Source: Clostridia bacterium (GTDB lineage Bacteria; Bacillota; Clostridia; Christensenellales; CAG-917). Taken from it: 52,616 nucleotides of DNA. Positions within the stretch are counted from its first letter, which is position 1. Every line of letters starts with the position of its first letter. Below are positions 9,751-18,451 of this stretch, in pieces. The stretch covers positions 1 to 52,616 of the forward strand of contig CAAEDU010000054.1 of NCBI GenBank assembly GCA_900754695.1, read 5' to 3'. The notes beneath the pieces are model-generated. The model was not told the origin of the DNA. It did not search any database and saw only the letters and a program-made list of their open reading frames with translations. The position numbers and the translations under genes were made by a program.

Positions 9751-10647
9751 ATGCTCAAACGCACCATCACGGCGGTATGCCTCATCGCTCTGCTCATCGG
9801 GCTCTTCGCCCTGAGCTATTTTGTCGAGCACGGCAACATCTTTCTCGATCTCTTCATCTGGATCCTCCTCACGGGGGCGGTGAGAGAGATGTATTTCTGT
9901 ATGCAGGAGGCGGGGTTCAAGCTCTTCCGCATGCCGCTTGCCGTCTTCCTCGTCACATCCTATCCCGTGATGTATCTCATGGAGCATTTTACGGGGCAGG
10001 GGTTCCTCGGGCTGGTGCTGTGCTTTGCGGCGGGCGTCTTTGCTGCACTCGTCGTCTTCACATTCGCAGACCCCGAGCGCAACCATGCCAAAGACCTCTT
10101 CGCGACGGTGTTCGTGATGGTCTATCCGGGCTTCCTCATCTCGCTTGCCTGGATGCTCGTGCAGCGCTATTCCGCGGTGTACGCCATCCCGTTCGCCATC
10201 TTCCTGCCCGTGGGCGCCGACACCTTCGCCTATTGGTTCGGCAGCATGATAGGCGGCAAAAAACTGTGCCCCTCCATCAGTCCCAAAAAGACGGTCGCCG
10301 GCTTTGTCGGCGGTCTCTTCGGCGGGATGCTGGTGGCGGTCATAATGTTCCTGCTGTTCGAGCAGTTCGCGCTCTTCCCGGAGTCGGGCTACGTCCCCTT
10401 CACGGACGCGAAGTGGAAGTCCGCACTCATCTATCTCGCCATCGGTCTCGTCGGCGCCCTCGCGGGACAGCTCGGCGACCTCGCCGCTTCCCGCATCAAA
10501 CGCGCGCTCGGCATCAAGGACTTCGGCAAGATATTCCCGGGACACGGCGGCATCATGGACCGTTTCGACAGTATCATCGCAGGCATCATAGTGTTGCTCG
10601 TCTCCTTCTCGATCGTGTACGGGGCGCAGGGGATGCTCGCACTCTGA
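9751..10647 (+). CDS. cdsA: phosphatidate cytidylyltransferase
   Basis: Polytopic protein. The C-terminal signature is SRIKRALGIKDFGKIFPGHGGIMDRFDS. Confidence 0.9.
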   Translation: MLKRTITAVCLIALLIGLFALSYFVEHGNIFLDLFIWILLTGAVREMYFCMQEAGFKLFRMPLAVFLVTSYPVMYLMEHFTGQGFLGLVLCFAAGVFAALVVFTFADPERNHAKDLFATVFVMVYPGFLISLAWMLVQRYSAVYAIPFAIFLPVGADTFAYWFGSMIGGKKLCPSISPKKTVAGFVGGLFGGMLVAVIMFLLFEQFALFPESGYVPFTDAKWKSALIYLAIGLVGALAGQLGDLAASRIKRALGIKDFGKIFPGHGGIMDRFDSIIAGIIVLLVSFSIVYGAQGMLAL

Positions 10648-10765
10648 GCCGCCGCAGGACGCAGCAACAAAGACATCCGACCCGCCGAACGCGCGGGCGC
10701 GACACGAAAACAACGCCGCACACCGCGGCTCCGCACTTTGGGATGAGACCCGTCCCGGGAGAGAT

Positions 10766-11932
10766 ATGAGCGAAAAGAAACACGTCACGCTGACCGTGCT
10801 CGGCAGCACGGGGTCCGTAGGCAGGCAGGTGCTTGCCGCAGTCGACCGTCACCCCGACCGCTTCAAAGTGGTGGGGCTTTCCGCATTCACCAACGAAAAA
10901 CTGCTGAGGGAGCAGATCGACAAATACGCCCCCAAACACTACTATTATCCCGCGGGCGGAGTGGAGATCCAGAGCAGTCTGTTCGATTTCCTCGACGACG
11001 CCAAGTTCGCGGCAAAGTGCCTCGGGAGCCTCGAGGAGCTGGCGGACTATCCCGCCGACATCACCGTGTCCGCCGTGAGCGGCATCGCGGGGCTGTGGGC
11101 GGCGGTCGCGGTGCTGAAACGCGGCGGCACTCTCGCCATCGCAAACAAGGAGACCATCGTCTGCGCGGGCAGGCACCTCAAAGCCCTCGAAAAGAAGTAC
11201 GGCGGCAAAATACTTCCTCTCGACACCGAGCATTCCGCCATCATGGAGTGCCTGAAAGGGGAGGATCCGAAGAGCGTAAAGAGCGTCATCCTCACCGCGA
11301 GCGGCGGGGCTCTTCGCGACCTGCCTCTCGAAAGGCTCCCCAAGGTCACCGCGCGGGAGGCACTCAACCATCCCGTATGGAGCATGGGCAAAAAGGTCAC
11401 CATAGACTCGGCGACCCTCTTCAACAAGGGGCTGGAAGTCATCGAGGCGATGAAACTCTTCTCGCTGGACGCGGACAAAGTGAAGGTGCTCATGCACCGC
11501 GAGAGCATAATACACGGGCTTGCGGAGTTCAATGACGGCAGCGTCAAGGCGCTCATGAGCGTCCCCGACATGGCGCTCGCCATCGAGACCGCACTCTTTT
11601 ATCCCGTCCGACCCTCGGGCACTCTTCCCGAGCTCGATCTTGCGAAGATCGCCACCCTCGAGTTCGACGCGCCCGACTTTGAGCGCTATCCATGCCTCGG
11701 CGTCGCCATGCGCGCGGCAAAAGCGGGCGAGGGTGCCTGCATCGCGATCTCTGCCGCCGACGAAGTGCTCGTGGACGCTTTCCTTGCAGGAACGATAAAA
11801 TTCACGGACATAGCGACGGTGCTGGACAAAGTGGAACGCAAGTTCGCAAAAGTCGGCGACGTCTCCCTCGAAGACATCATCGGCATAGACGCGGAAGCTC
11901 GCAAATACACTTATTCCGTAGGAGTTAAATGA
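10766..11932 (+). CDS. dxr: 1-deoxy-D-xylulose 5-phosphate reductoisomerase
   Basis: VLGSTGSVGRQ, LANKE, and HPVWSMGKKVTIDSATLFNKGLEVIEA. Confidence 0.95.
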   Translation: MSEKKHVTLTVLGSTGSVGRQVLAAVDRHPDRFKVVGLSAFTNEKLLREQIDKYAPKHYYYPAGGVEIQSSLFDFLDDAKFAAKCLGSLEELADYPADITVSAVSGIAGLWAAVAVLKRGGTLAIANKETIVCAGRHLKALEKKYGGKILPLDTEHSAIMECLKGEDPKSVKSVILTASGGALRDLPLERLPKVTAREALNHPVWSMGKKVTIDSATLFNKGLEVIEAMKLFSLDADKVKVLMHRESIIHGLAEFNDGSVKALMSVPDMALAIETALFYPVRPSGTLPELDLAKIATLEFDAPDFERYPCLGVAMRAAKAGEGACIAISAADEVLVDAFLAGTIKFTDIATVLDKVERKFAKVGDVSLEDIIGIDAEARKYTYSVGVK

Positions 11933-11933
11933 A

Positions 11934-13160
11934 GTGCTGCTCACGCTGACTTCCGCAAGTGCGGGTGAGGTTTTCACCTATATAGGCTACATCCTGCTGG
12001 CATTGGTCGCCCTGATGTTCATGATCGTCGTTCATGAGTCGGGGCACTATCTTGCGGGCAAGATGCTCGGCTTCACCATCGACGAGTTCGGCATAGGCTT
12101 CGGTCCGCCGATCATAAAAAAACGCAACAAAAAGACGGGGGAGCTCTTCACCGTACGCATACTGCCGCTCGGAGGGTTCTGCGCCTTCCGCGGCGAGGAC
12201 GACCTTGACACCGGCCTCAGCGAAAACGACCTCAACCTCGTCTACACACGCGGCGGCGAAGCGGCGGCGCCTTTCCCCGAGGTCGCGGAGGGCGGGACAA
12301 GGTCGGACGGGAAGGAAAAAGCGGCTGACGCCGCCGAAACGCGGGCAGTCGGCATCCCGTTCAACCGTCAGAAACCCTGGAAACGGCTCATCGTGATGTT
12401 CGCGGGAGCGCTGTTCAACTTCCTCAGCGCCATCTTCATCATCACGATATATTTCACCGCATACGGACAGATCCTCCCCGTGGTGAGCGAGGTCTACGAC
12501 GTCAACGGCGAGACCAACGTCTTCCTCCCCGGCGACATCATCCTCGCAAAGGACGGACTGCAGGTCAACATTATGACGCAGGACGACGTGACGAGCGCCT
12601 TTGAGGACGTCAAAACGGGCACTGAGTATAAGATCCTGCGCGACGGCAAAGCCATGACCGTCACCGCGACGGTGGGCAGCTATACACTCGGCGAGGAGCA
12701 CCTTGACGAGGGTGAGTCGGCGGAGCGCACGGGCGTGGGCATCGTCTACGGTGTGGAGAACGTCAAACTCGGCTTTTTCCGCTCCCTGGGGCGGTCGTTC
12801 GGGTTCAGCTTCTTCATCGTGTTCAAGATCCTCGCCTCGCTCGGCGCGCTGCTCACGGGACAGATAGGGCTGGAAGCGGCGGGCGGCACCATCACCGTCA
12901 TCACGACCATCGCGAACCTGAGCTCCTCGGGACTGGGCTCATTCCTGTATGTGGTGGCGATCATCTCGGCAAACCTCGCCGTGATGAACCTGCTGCCCAT
13001 CCCGTCTCTGGACGGATCCAGGATGCTGTTCACGCTGATAGAGATGATCTTCCGCAAACCCGTGCCGCGCAAGGTGGAGGCGGTGATCCACACCGTGGGG
13101 ATGATCCTCATCCTCGTGCTCGCCGTCTTTTTGGACATCTTCCACCTGGTGCACAACTGA
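11934..13160 (+). CDS. rseP: RIP metalloprotease RseP/RasP (site-2 protease)
   Basis: GTG start. HESGHY zinc motif in the first TM helix. The C-terminal LNLLPIPSLDG motif is present. Confidence 0.9.
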   Translation: MLLTLTSASAGEVFTYIGYILLALVALMFMIVVHESGHYLAGKMLGFTIDEFGIGFGPPIIKKRNKKTGELFTVRILPLGGFCAFRGEDDLDTGLSENDLNLVYTRGGEAAAPFPEVAEGGTRSDGKEKAADAAETRAVGIPFNRQKPWKRLIVMFAGALFNFLSAIFIITIYFTAYGQILPVVSEVYDVNGETNVFLPGDIILAKDGLQVNIMTQDDVTSAFEDVKTGTEYKILRDGKAMTVTATVGSYTLGEEHLDEGESAERTGVGIVYGVENVKLGFFRSLGRSFGFSFFIVFKILASLGALLTGQIGLEAAGGTITVITTIANLSSSGLGSFLYVVAIISANLAVMNLLPIPSLDGSRMLFTLIEMIFRKPVPRKVEAVIHTVGMILILVLAVFLDIFHLVHN

Positions 13161-13391
13161 GACGGAGAGCCCGGTCGTGAGATAGTTTCCGCGCCGATGC
13201 CGCGATAAGACGGAGGAGCGGTAAAAGGGCAAGGCGGCAAGACGGCGGCAAGACTGCCGGGACAAACACCGCGCAAACACGACACGAGAAAAACGCTTGC
13301 TTCTCAAGACGGCGGATCGCAAATGAGCCGCACGACGCAAGCAAACAAGGAATAAAAACGGGCGGAGAAAAGCTCCTCCCGATGAAGAGTT

Positions 13392-14456
13392 ATGGAAAGA
13401 AGAAAGACGCGACAGGTGAAAGTGGGCAGGGTGAAGATAGGCGGCGGCGCGCCCGTCACGGTGCAGTCCATGCTGAACACCCGCACCACGGATGTGGAAG
13501 GGAGCCTTGCTCAGATCGCGGAGCTCGCGGACGCGGACTGCGACCTCATCCGCCTCGCCGTCCCCGACGAGGAGTCCGCGGCGGCGTTCGGCGTCATTGC
13601 AAAAAGGTGCGGACTGCCGCTCATCGCGGACATACATTATAGCTACAAACTCGCGCACCTCGCGCTGGACGCGGGCGCGAAAAAGATCCGCATGAATCCC
13701 GGCAATATGCGGGATTTTGCCGAAATAAAGGAACTTGCGCGCAGGATGACCGACGCGGGCGTGCCCGTGCGTGTCGGCGTGAACGGCGGCTCCCTCGACC
13801 CAAAATTCGACGGCATGAAGGAGAGCGAAGCGCTGAAAGAGAGCGCGCTGGAATGCGCCGATGTCTTTGAAAGCTGCGGGATGCGGGACATCGTCATCGC
13901 CATCAAAGCCTCGGATGTCCGCACAATGACGGAAGCCAACAGGTCTCTCGCCGCCGCGTGCGACTATCCTTTGCACCTTGGCGTGACGGAGGCGGGCACG
14001 CTCAGGAGCGGGCTCGTGAAGTCCGCGCTCGGCATAGGCAGTCTGCTTCAAGAGGGGATCGGCGACACCGTCCGCGTCTCCCTCTCGGCGCCGCCCGTCG
14101 AGGAAGTGCTTGCGGGAAAAACTCTGCTCAAAGCGCTCGGACTGAAAGAGGACTGCGTCGAAGTGGTGTCCTGTCCCACCTGCGCCCGCACGGAGATAGA
14201 CGTCGAAGGGCTTGCTTCCGCGGTGGAGAGGGCGACGGCACATGTCAGGCTGCCGCTGAAGATCGCGGTCATGGGCTGTCCACTGAACGGCATAGGCGAG
14301 GGCAGACACGCCCACCTCGGCATCGCGGGCGGCAAAGAGAAGTCGGTCATCATGTGTGACGGCGAGATAGTGGCGACGGTGAGGAGCGATATGCTGATGC
14401 CTTACTTCATGGCGCTCCTCGACGACTACATCACAGAGTATTCTAAAAATTGTTGA
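13392..14456 (+). CDS. ispG: 4-hydroxy-3-methylbut-2-enyl diphosphate synthase
   Basis: RRKTRQVKVGRVKIGGGAPVTVQSM, plus the SCPTCAR and GCPLNG cluster ligand motifs. Confidence 0.95.
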   Translation: MERRKTRQVKVGRVKIGGGAPVTVQSMLNTRTTDVEGSLAQIAELADADCDLIRLAVPDEESAAAFGVIAKRCGLPLIADIHYSYKLAHLALDAGAKKIRMNPGNMRDFAEIKELARRMTDAGVPVRVGVNGGSLDPKFDGMKESEALKESALECADVFESCGMRDIVIAIKASDVRTMTEANRSLAAACDYPLHLGVTEAGTLRSGLVKSALGIGSLLQEGIGDTVRVSLSAPPVEEVLAGKTLLKALGLKEDCVEVVSCPTCARTEIDVEGLASAVERATAHVRLPLKIAVMGCPLNGIGEGRHAHLGIAGGKEKSVIMCDGEIVATVRSDMLMPYFMALLDDYITEYSKNC

Positions 14457-14594
14457 ATTGTAGAATAGTTTGCGCGCAAAACGAGAGAGGTTGCCCTGTC
14501 CGACGGGGCGAGATGCGGCTCGAAAAGCAAGCAAACAGCGGCAAAATGCGTGCCCGGACGCAAAAGCGGCGCGGGCCGCAAACGGAGGGACAAA

Positions 14595-16178
14595 GTGCAC
14601 AACAAATTCACGGAAGAGTTCGATTCGGTGACAAACGGGGCGTTCCCCATGCTCAAATTCAAGTCCGCCACCTTTCAGCGGGATCTGAACGCGCTGACGG
14701 TGCGCTTCCTCATCTCGGCGTATTCCGCAAGGGCGTTCGGCGACGACGAGAAAAAGAGGGTGGACGAGGCGCTGAAGGACATCTTTCCGGGCGTCGACGC
14801 GCACGCGGAGTACATAAGGACTTACGCCGACGACAGCACGGTGCGCAACAAGGTGTCGGAATATTTCAACTCTCACAATCTTCTCGTCTTCCGCGCGCTT
14901 TCTCCCGAAACATTGCTCATCGGCGTGACCGAGACGGACATTTCCGTCACTTTGGCGCTCGAAAACGCGCTCTTTCTCATGTTGCAGGGCTCAAACGTCC
15001 CGAAGGAACTTGCGGAATTCCTGGACGGCAATTTCAATCAGAACGTCTCAGTCAGTCTCAAAGACACGGGGGAGTCCGCCGCGCCGCTTGCGGAGGACGT
15101 CTCGGACAGCGTGGTGGTGCGGGACTCTCTTGCGCGTCTCATTTCCGCGGAGGCGGGGAAGAAGATCTATGCGAGGGGGAAGATCGCGGGCATCGCGAAG
15201 ATGCCGGGCTACATCGCGGACATCAAGGGCGCGGCGGACAACGTCGTGCTGTGCGGCAGGGTCTCCGGGCTCACGAAACGCACTTATAAGAACAAAAAGT
15301 ACACTCCCGACGACCCGAAAAACGGTCCCGAGGAGCTCCCGCTCGTCAGGTTTTTCCTGGACGACACCACGGGGAGGATGGACTGCGTGTGCTTCCCCCG
15401 TCCCGAAGAGGCGGAGGCGTTCGACGCCGTGAACGAGAAGGACGAAGTCGTCTGCGCGGGCAAGGTGACCATCTCGTCATACAACGGCGCGCCGAGCTTT
15501 GCCGTCAACGCGATGTTCAGGGCTGAGATAGACTTTTCCTCCATCCAGGCGGCGCCCTCCAAGCCCGTCCCCAAGAGCTATTCCGTCATAAGACCGCAGC
15601 CTTTCAAGGAGCAGAACGCGCAGAAGGACCTCTTCGAGTCGGGTGCGGAAAAGCCCGTGCCCGCGTTCTTAAAAGGCAAGACCTTCGTCGTCTTCGATTT
15701 CGAGGCTACGGGGCTGGACATCCCGACCATCGAGCCCATCGAGATAGGCGCCGCGAAACTCACGGACGGCAAGGTCACGGAGACTTTCTCCACGCTGCTC
15801 GACCCGAAGTGCCACATCCCCGAAGAAGTTGCGGAAAAGACCAACATCAACGACGCAATGGTGCACGGCATGCCCACTTTTGCGGAAGTGCTGCCCGATT
15901 TTTTCAAGTTCACGCGCGGCGCGGTGCTCGTCGGACACAACATCTCCACCTACGATTTCCCCCTCCTCAACAAGTATGCGCAGGCGGCGGGTTACGTCTT
16001 CGACAACGAGCTTGAGGACACCATCATCCTCGCGCGCAAATATATCCCGGAGTCCCGCCATTTCGGCTTGGAAGCGCTCACCAAAGCCTTCGGCATCACG
16101 CACGTCGAAGCGCACCGCGCGATGGGCGACGTCTTCGCCACCGTGGAGCTGCTGCGCCTCATCGCGGAGAGGGTATAG
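14595..16178 (+). CDS. PolC-N-terminal-like / OB-fold / DEDDh 3'-5' exonuclease protein without a polymerase domain
   Basis: Exo motifs FVVFDFEATGLD, VGHNISTYDFPLL and HRAMGDVFAT in the C-terminal third. An OB-like block (VRFFLDDTTGRMDCVCFP...VVCAGKV) precedes them. The GTG at 14595 has GGAGGG 5 nt upstream. Confidence 0.8.
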   Translation: MHNKFTEEFDSVTNGAFPMLKFKSATFQRDLNALTVRFLISAYSARAFGDDEKKRVDEALKDIFPGVDAHAEYIRTYADDSTVRNKVSEYFNSHNLLVFRALSPETLLIGVTETDISVTLALENALFLMLQGSNVPKELAEFLDGNFNQNVSVSLKDTGESAAPLAEDVSDSVVVRDSLARLISAEAGKKIYARGKIAGIAKMPGYIADIKGAADNVVLCGRVSGLTKRTYKNKKYTPDDPKNGPEELPLVRFFLDDTTGRMDCVCFPRPEEAEAFDAVNEKDEVVCAGKVTISSYNGAPSFAVNAMFRAEIDFSSIQAAPSKPVPKSYSVIRPQPFKEQNAQKDLFESGAEKPVPAFLKGKTFVVFDFEATGLDIPTIEPIEIGAAKLTDGKVTETFSTLLDPKCHIPEEVAEKTNINDAMVHGMPTFAEVLPDFFKFTRGAVLVGHNISTYDFPLLNKYAQAAGYVFDNELEDTIILARKYIPESRHFGLEALTKAFGITHVEAHRAMGDVFATVELLRLIAERV

Positions 16179-16258
16179 CGGCATCGGGACGCAGCGCGGG
16201 AAAACGGCAGAAAAAACAAAAATACGCGCAAAAATCTCCGAAAACGGGGTCAAAACGC

Positions 16259-16287
16259 TTGCGCGCGTGGTTTTTATGTGATATTTT
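16259..16287 (+). promoter_or_regulatory. candidate promoter of the rimP-nusA-infB operon
   Basis: TTGCGC, 17 nt spacer, TATTTT, with TGa immediately upstream. Confidence 0.4.
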
Positions 16288-16313
16288 ATATATGCTTTAA
16301 GTAGATTCTACTG

Positions 16314-16342
16314 AGAGTGAGCAGCCGCTCACTCTTTGTTTT
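16314..16342 (+). terminator. leader intrinsic terminator/attenuator directly upstream of rimP
   Basis: AGAGTGAGC-agcc-GCTCACTCT followed by TTGTTTT. It abuts the rimP RBS AGGAGAAGG. Confidence 0.65.
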
Positions 16343-16353
16343 AGGAGAAGGAT

Positions 16354-16839
16354 ATGGCAAAAGACGCCCGCTCCGCGCTGTCCGAGGACGCGCGCGGAAG
16401 CATCGAAAAACTCATCGCAGGCGCCGTGGACGCGCTGGACGCGGGATATGAGATCGTCGAGGTGCGCTACACCAAGGAATACGGCAAGTTCAACCTGACC
16501 GTGTTCATCTGGCACGCCGACGAAGTCACCCTCGATGACTGCGAAAAGGTGCACAACGCGGTGTCCGACGCGCTGGACGCCGCGGAGGATCTTTTCCCCG
16601 CGGACTACATCCTCAACGTCTCGTCCTCGGGGCTGGACCGTCCCATCGTCACCGACGACGATTTCCGCCGCGCTCTCGGCACCGAGATCGAGGCGATCAC
16701 GCCCGCCGAGACCGTGCGCGGCACGCTGACGGGCTATACTGCGGAGACTTTCACCGTCCTCACCGGCGGCAAGTACGAAAAAGAAAAAACCATAAACCGA
16801 AATAACAAAACCAAGGTGCAACCGTACATCGGGTTTTAG
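16354..16839 (+). CDS. rimP: ribosome maturation factor RimP
   Basis: Position upstream of nusA. The block LNVSSSGLDRPI is typical of RimP. Confidence 0.9.
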   Translation: MAKDARSALSEDARGSIEKLIAGAVDALDAGYEIVEVRYTKEYGKFNLTVFIWHADEVTLDDCEKVHNAVSDALDAAEDLFPADYILNVSSSGLDRPIVTDDDFRRALGTEIEAITPAETVRGTLTGYTAETFTVLTGGKYEKEKTINRNNKTKVQPYIGF

Positions 16840-16848
16840 GAGGAAACC

Positions 16849-17934
16849 ATGATCAACAGAGAATTCTTTCAGGCGCTCGAAGAGTTCGCCAAAGAGAAAA
16901 TAATCTCCAGAGAAGTGCTCGTCGACGCGCTTGAATCCGGCATCGCCGCCGCCTATAAGAAGGAGAACGGCGAGAGCAAGCCCATCGCAGTCCGTTTCAA
17001 CGAGGAGAAGCAGACCGTCAACGTCTACGCTCACCGCATCGTCGTGGAAGAGGTGGACGACCCCGATCAGCAGATCTCTCTCGAAGAGGCGCACGAGATC
17101 AAACCCTCGTATAAAGTGGGCGACATCGTCATCGAAGACATCACTCCCAAGGAGTTTTCGAGGATCGCGGCGCAGACTGCAAAGCAGGTCATCATGCAGA
17201 AGCTCAACGACGCCAAGAAAGAGTTCGTCCGCAACGAGATGACCGAGCGCCAGGGTGAGCTCGTCAACGCCGTAGTGCGCCGCAAGGAAGGTCCCACCGT
17301 GTATGTCGAGATCATCGGCTCCCAGATGGAAGGCGTGATGACCCAGAGCGATCAGATCCCCACCGAGACCTACAATGTCGGCGACGTCATCAAGGTGTTC
17401 ATCAAGAAGATCCGCGAGGGCAAGAACGGTCCCCAGGTGGTGGTGTCCAGAAGCTCCGCGGGCTTTGTGCGCAAGCTCTTCGAGATGGAAGTGCCCGAGA
17501 TCAAGGCGGGTCTTGTCAAGATCGCCGGCATCGTCAGAGAGGGCGGTTTCCGCACCAAACTCGCGGTCTATTCCGAAGACCCCAACGTGGACGCCGTGGG
17601 CGCCTGCATCGGCAACAAGGGCGTCAGAGTCAACGCCGTCGTGAGCGAGCTCGCGGGTGAGAAAGTGGACGTCATCGAGTGGTGCGCCGACGCCATCGAG
17701 TATATTGCAAGGGCATTGAGCCCCGCGCAGGTGCTCATGGTCTCCATCAACGAAGAAGAGAAGACTGCTCGCGTCGTCGTCCCCGACGAGAAACTCAGCC
17801 TCGCCATCGGCAGGAACGGTCAGAACGCGCGTCTTGCGGCGAAACTCACCGGGTGGAAGATAGACGTCAAGCCCTATTCCTCCGTGATGGCAGCCGAGAC
17901 CGCGTCCGAAGAGGAGGCGGCAGATGCCGAGTAA
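16849..17934 (+). CDS. nusA: transcription termination/antitermination factor NusA
   Basis: S1 and KH blocks are recognisable, including ACIGNKGVRVNAV and SLAIGRNGQNARLA. Confidence 0.97.
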   Translation: MINREFFQALEEFAKEKIISREVLVDALESGIAAAYKKENGESKPIAVRFNEEKQTVNVYAHRIVVEEVDDPDQQISLEEAHEIKPSYKVGDIVIEDITPKEFSRIAAQTAKQVIMQKLNDAKKEFVRNEMTERQGELVNAVVRRKEGPTVYVEIIGSQMEGVMTQSDQIPTETYNVGDVIKVFIKKIREGKNGPQVVVSRSSAGFVRKLFEMEVPEIKAGLVKIAGIVREGGFRTKLAVYSEDPNVDAVGACIGNKGVRVNAVVSELAGEKVDVIEWCADAIEYIARALSPAQVLMVSINEEEKTARVVVPDEKLSLAIGRNGQNARLAAKLTGWKIDVKPYSSVMAAETASEEEAADAE

Positions 17935-18181
17935 TCCTCCCGGAGTGCGCAGGTGCGCCGCCTGCCGCGGGCACGCCGAAAAGTCAGGGATGATCCGCGT
18001 CTGCCGCGCAAAGGACGGCAGGATATTCGTGGATCCGAGCGGCAAGGCGAACGGCAGAGGAGTGTGGCTGCACCGCACCAAGGAGTGTATAGCGCTCGCC
18101 GAAAAGAAAAAGGCGCTCAATGCGGCATTCCGATGCGCCGTGCCGGTCGAAGTCATGGAGGCTCTCCGTGAAAGCGTCTGA
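17924..18181 (+). CDS. ylxR: YlxR/DUF448 RNA-binding protein
   Basis: RRCAACRG...GRGVWLH pattern. Canonical position after nusA. Confidence 0.85.
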   Translation: MPSNPPGVRRCAACRGHAEKSGMIRVCRAKDGRIFVDPSGKANGRGVWLHRTKECIALAEKKKALNAAFRCAVPVEVMEALRESV

Positions 18182-18449
18182 CATCGCCCCGTATGTGGGA
18201 TTTGCACAGCGCAAAGGCTCGGTGCTCTACGGCGCCGACCGCATTGCGGAAAAGCGCGCAAAGGCGCTCGTCGTCCTCGCGGACTCGGGCGCACCCGAAA
18301 AGTTCCTGAGGGAACTCAAACGGATCTGCGGCGACATCCCGCTCTTCGAGGTCGAAGACCTCGCTGCGGCGACTCACCGCGACAACGTCAAAGCCATAGC
18401 CGTCACGGACAGTTCGCTCGCGACGGCGATCATAAACCTTACGAGGTAG
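18168..18449 (+). CDS. ylxQ: L7Ae-family protein YlxQ
   Basis: Small ORF between ylxR and infB. The start is set at GTG 18168; the exact start is uncertain. Confidence 0.7.
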   Translation: MKASDIAPYVGFAQRKGSVLYGADRIAEKRAKALVVLADSGAPEKFLRELKRICGDIPLFEVEDLAAATHRDNVKAIAVTDSSLATAIINLTR

Positions 18450-18451
18450 CT

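Noticed and set aside
12939-14876. Very long antisense or overlapping ORFs. Examples: 12939..14876(-), 9385..10809(-), 16297..18294(-), 19841..21313(-), 36265..38088(-), 43235..45370(+), 38812..40431(+).
   Set aside because: Each lies opposite or out of frame to a clearly conserved gene. Their products are R/G/A/P/H-rich with no recognisable motifs. This is the expected stop-codon-poor artefact of a genome at about 62% GC.
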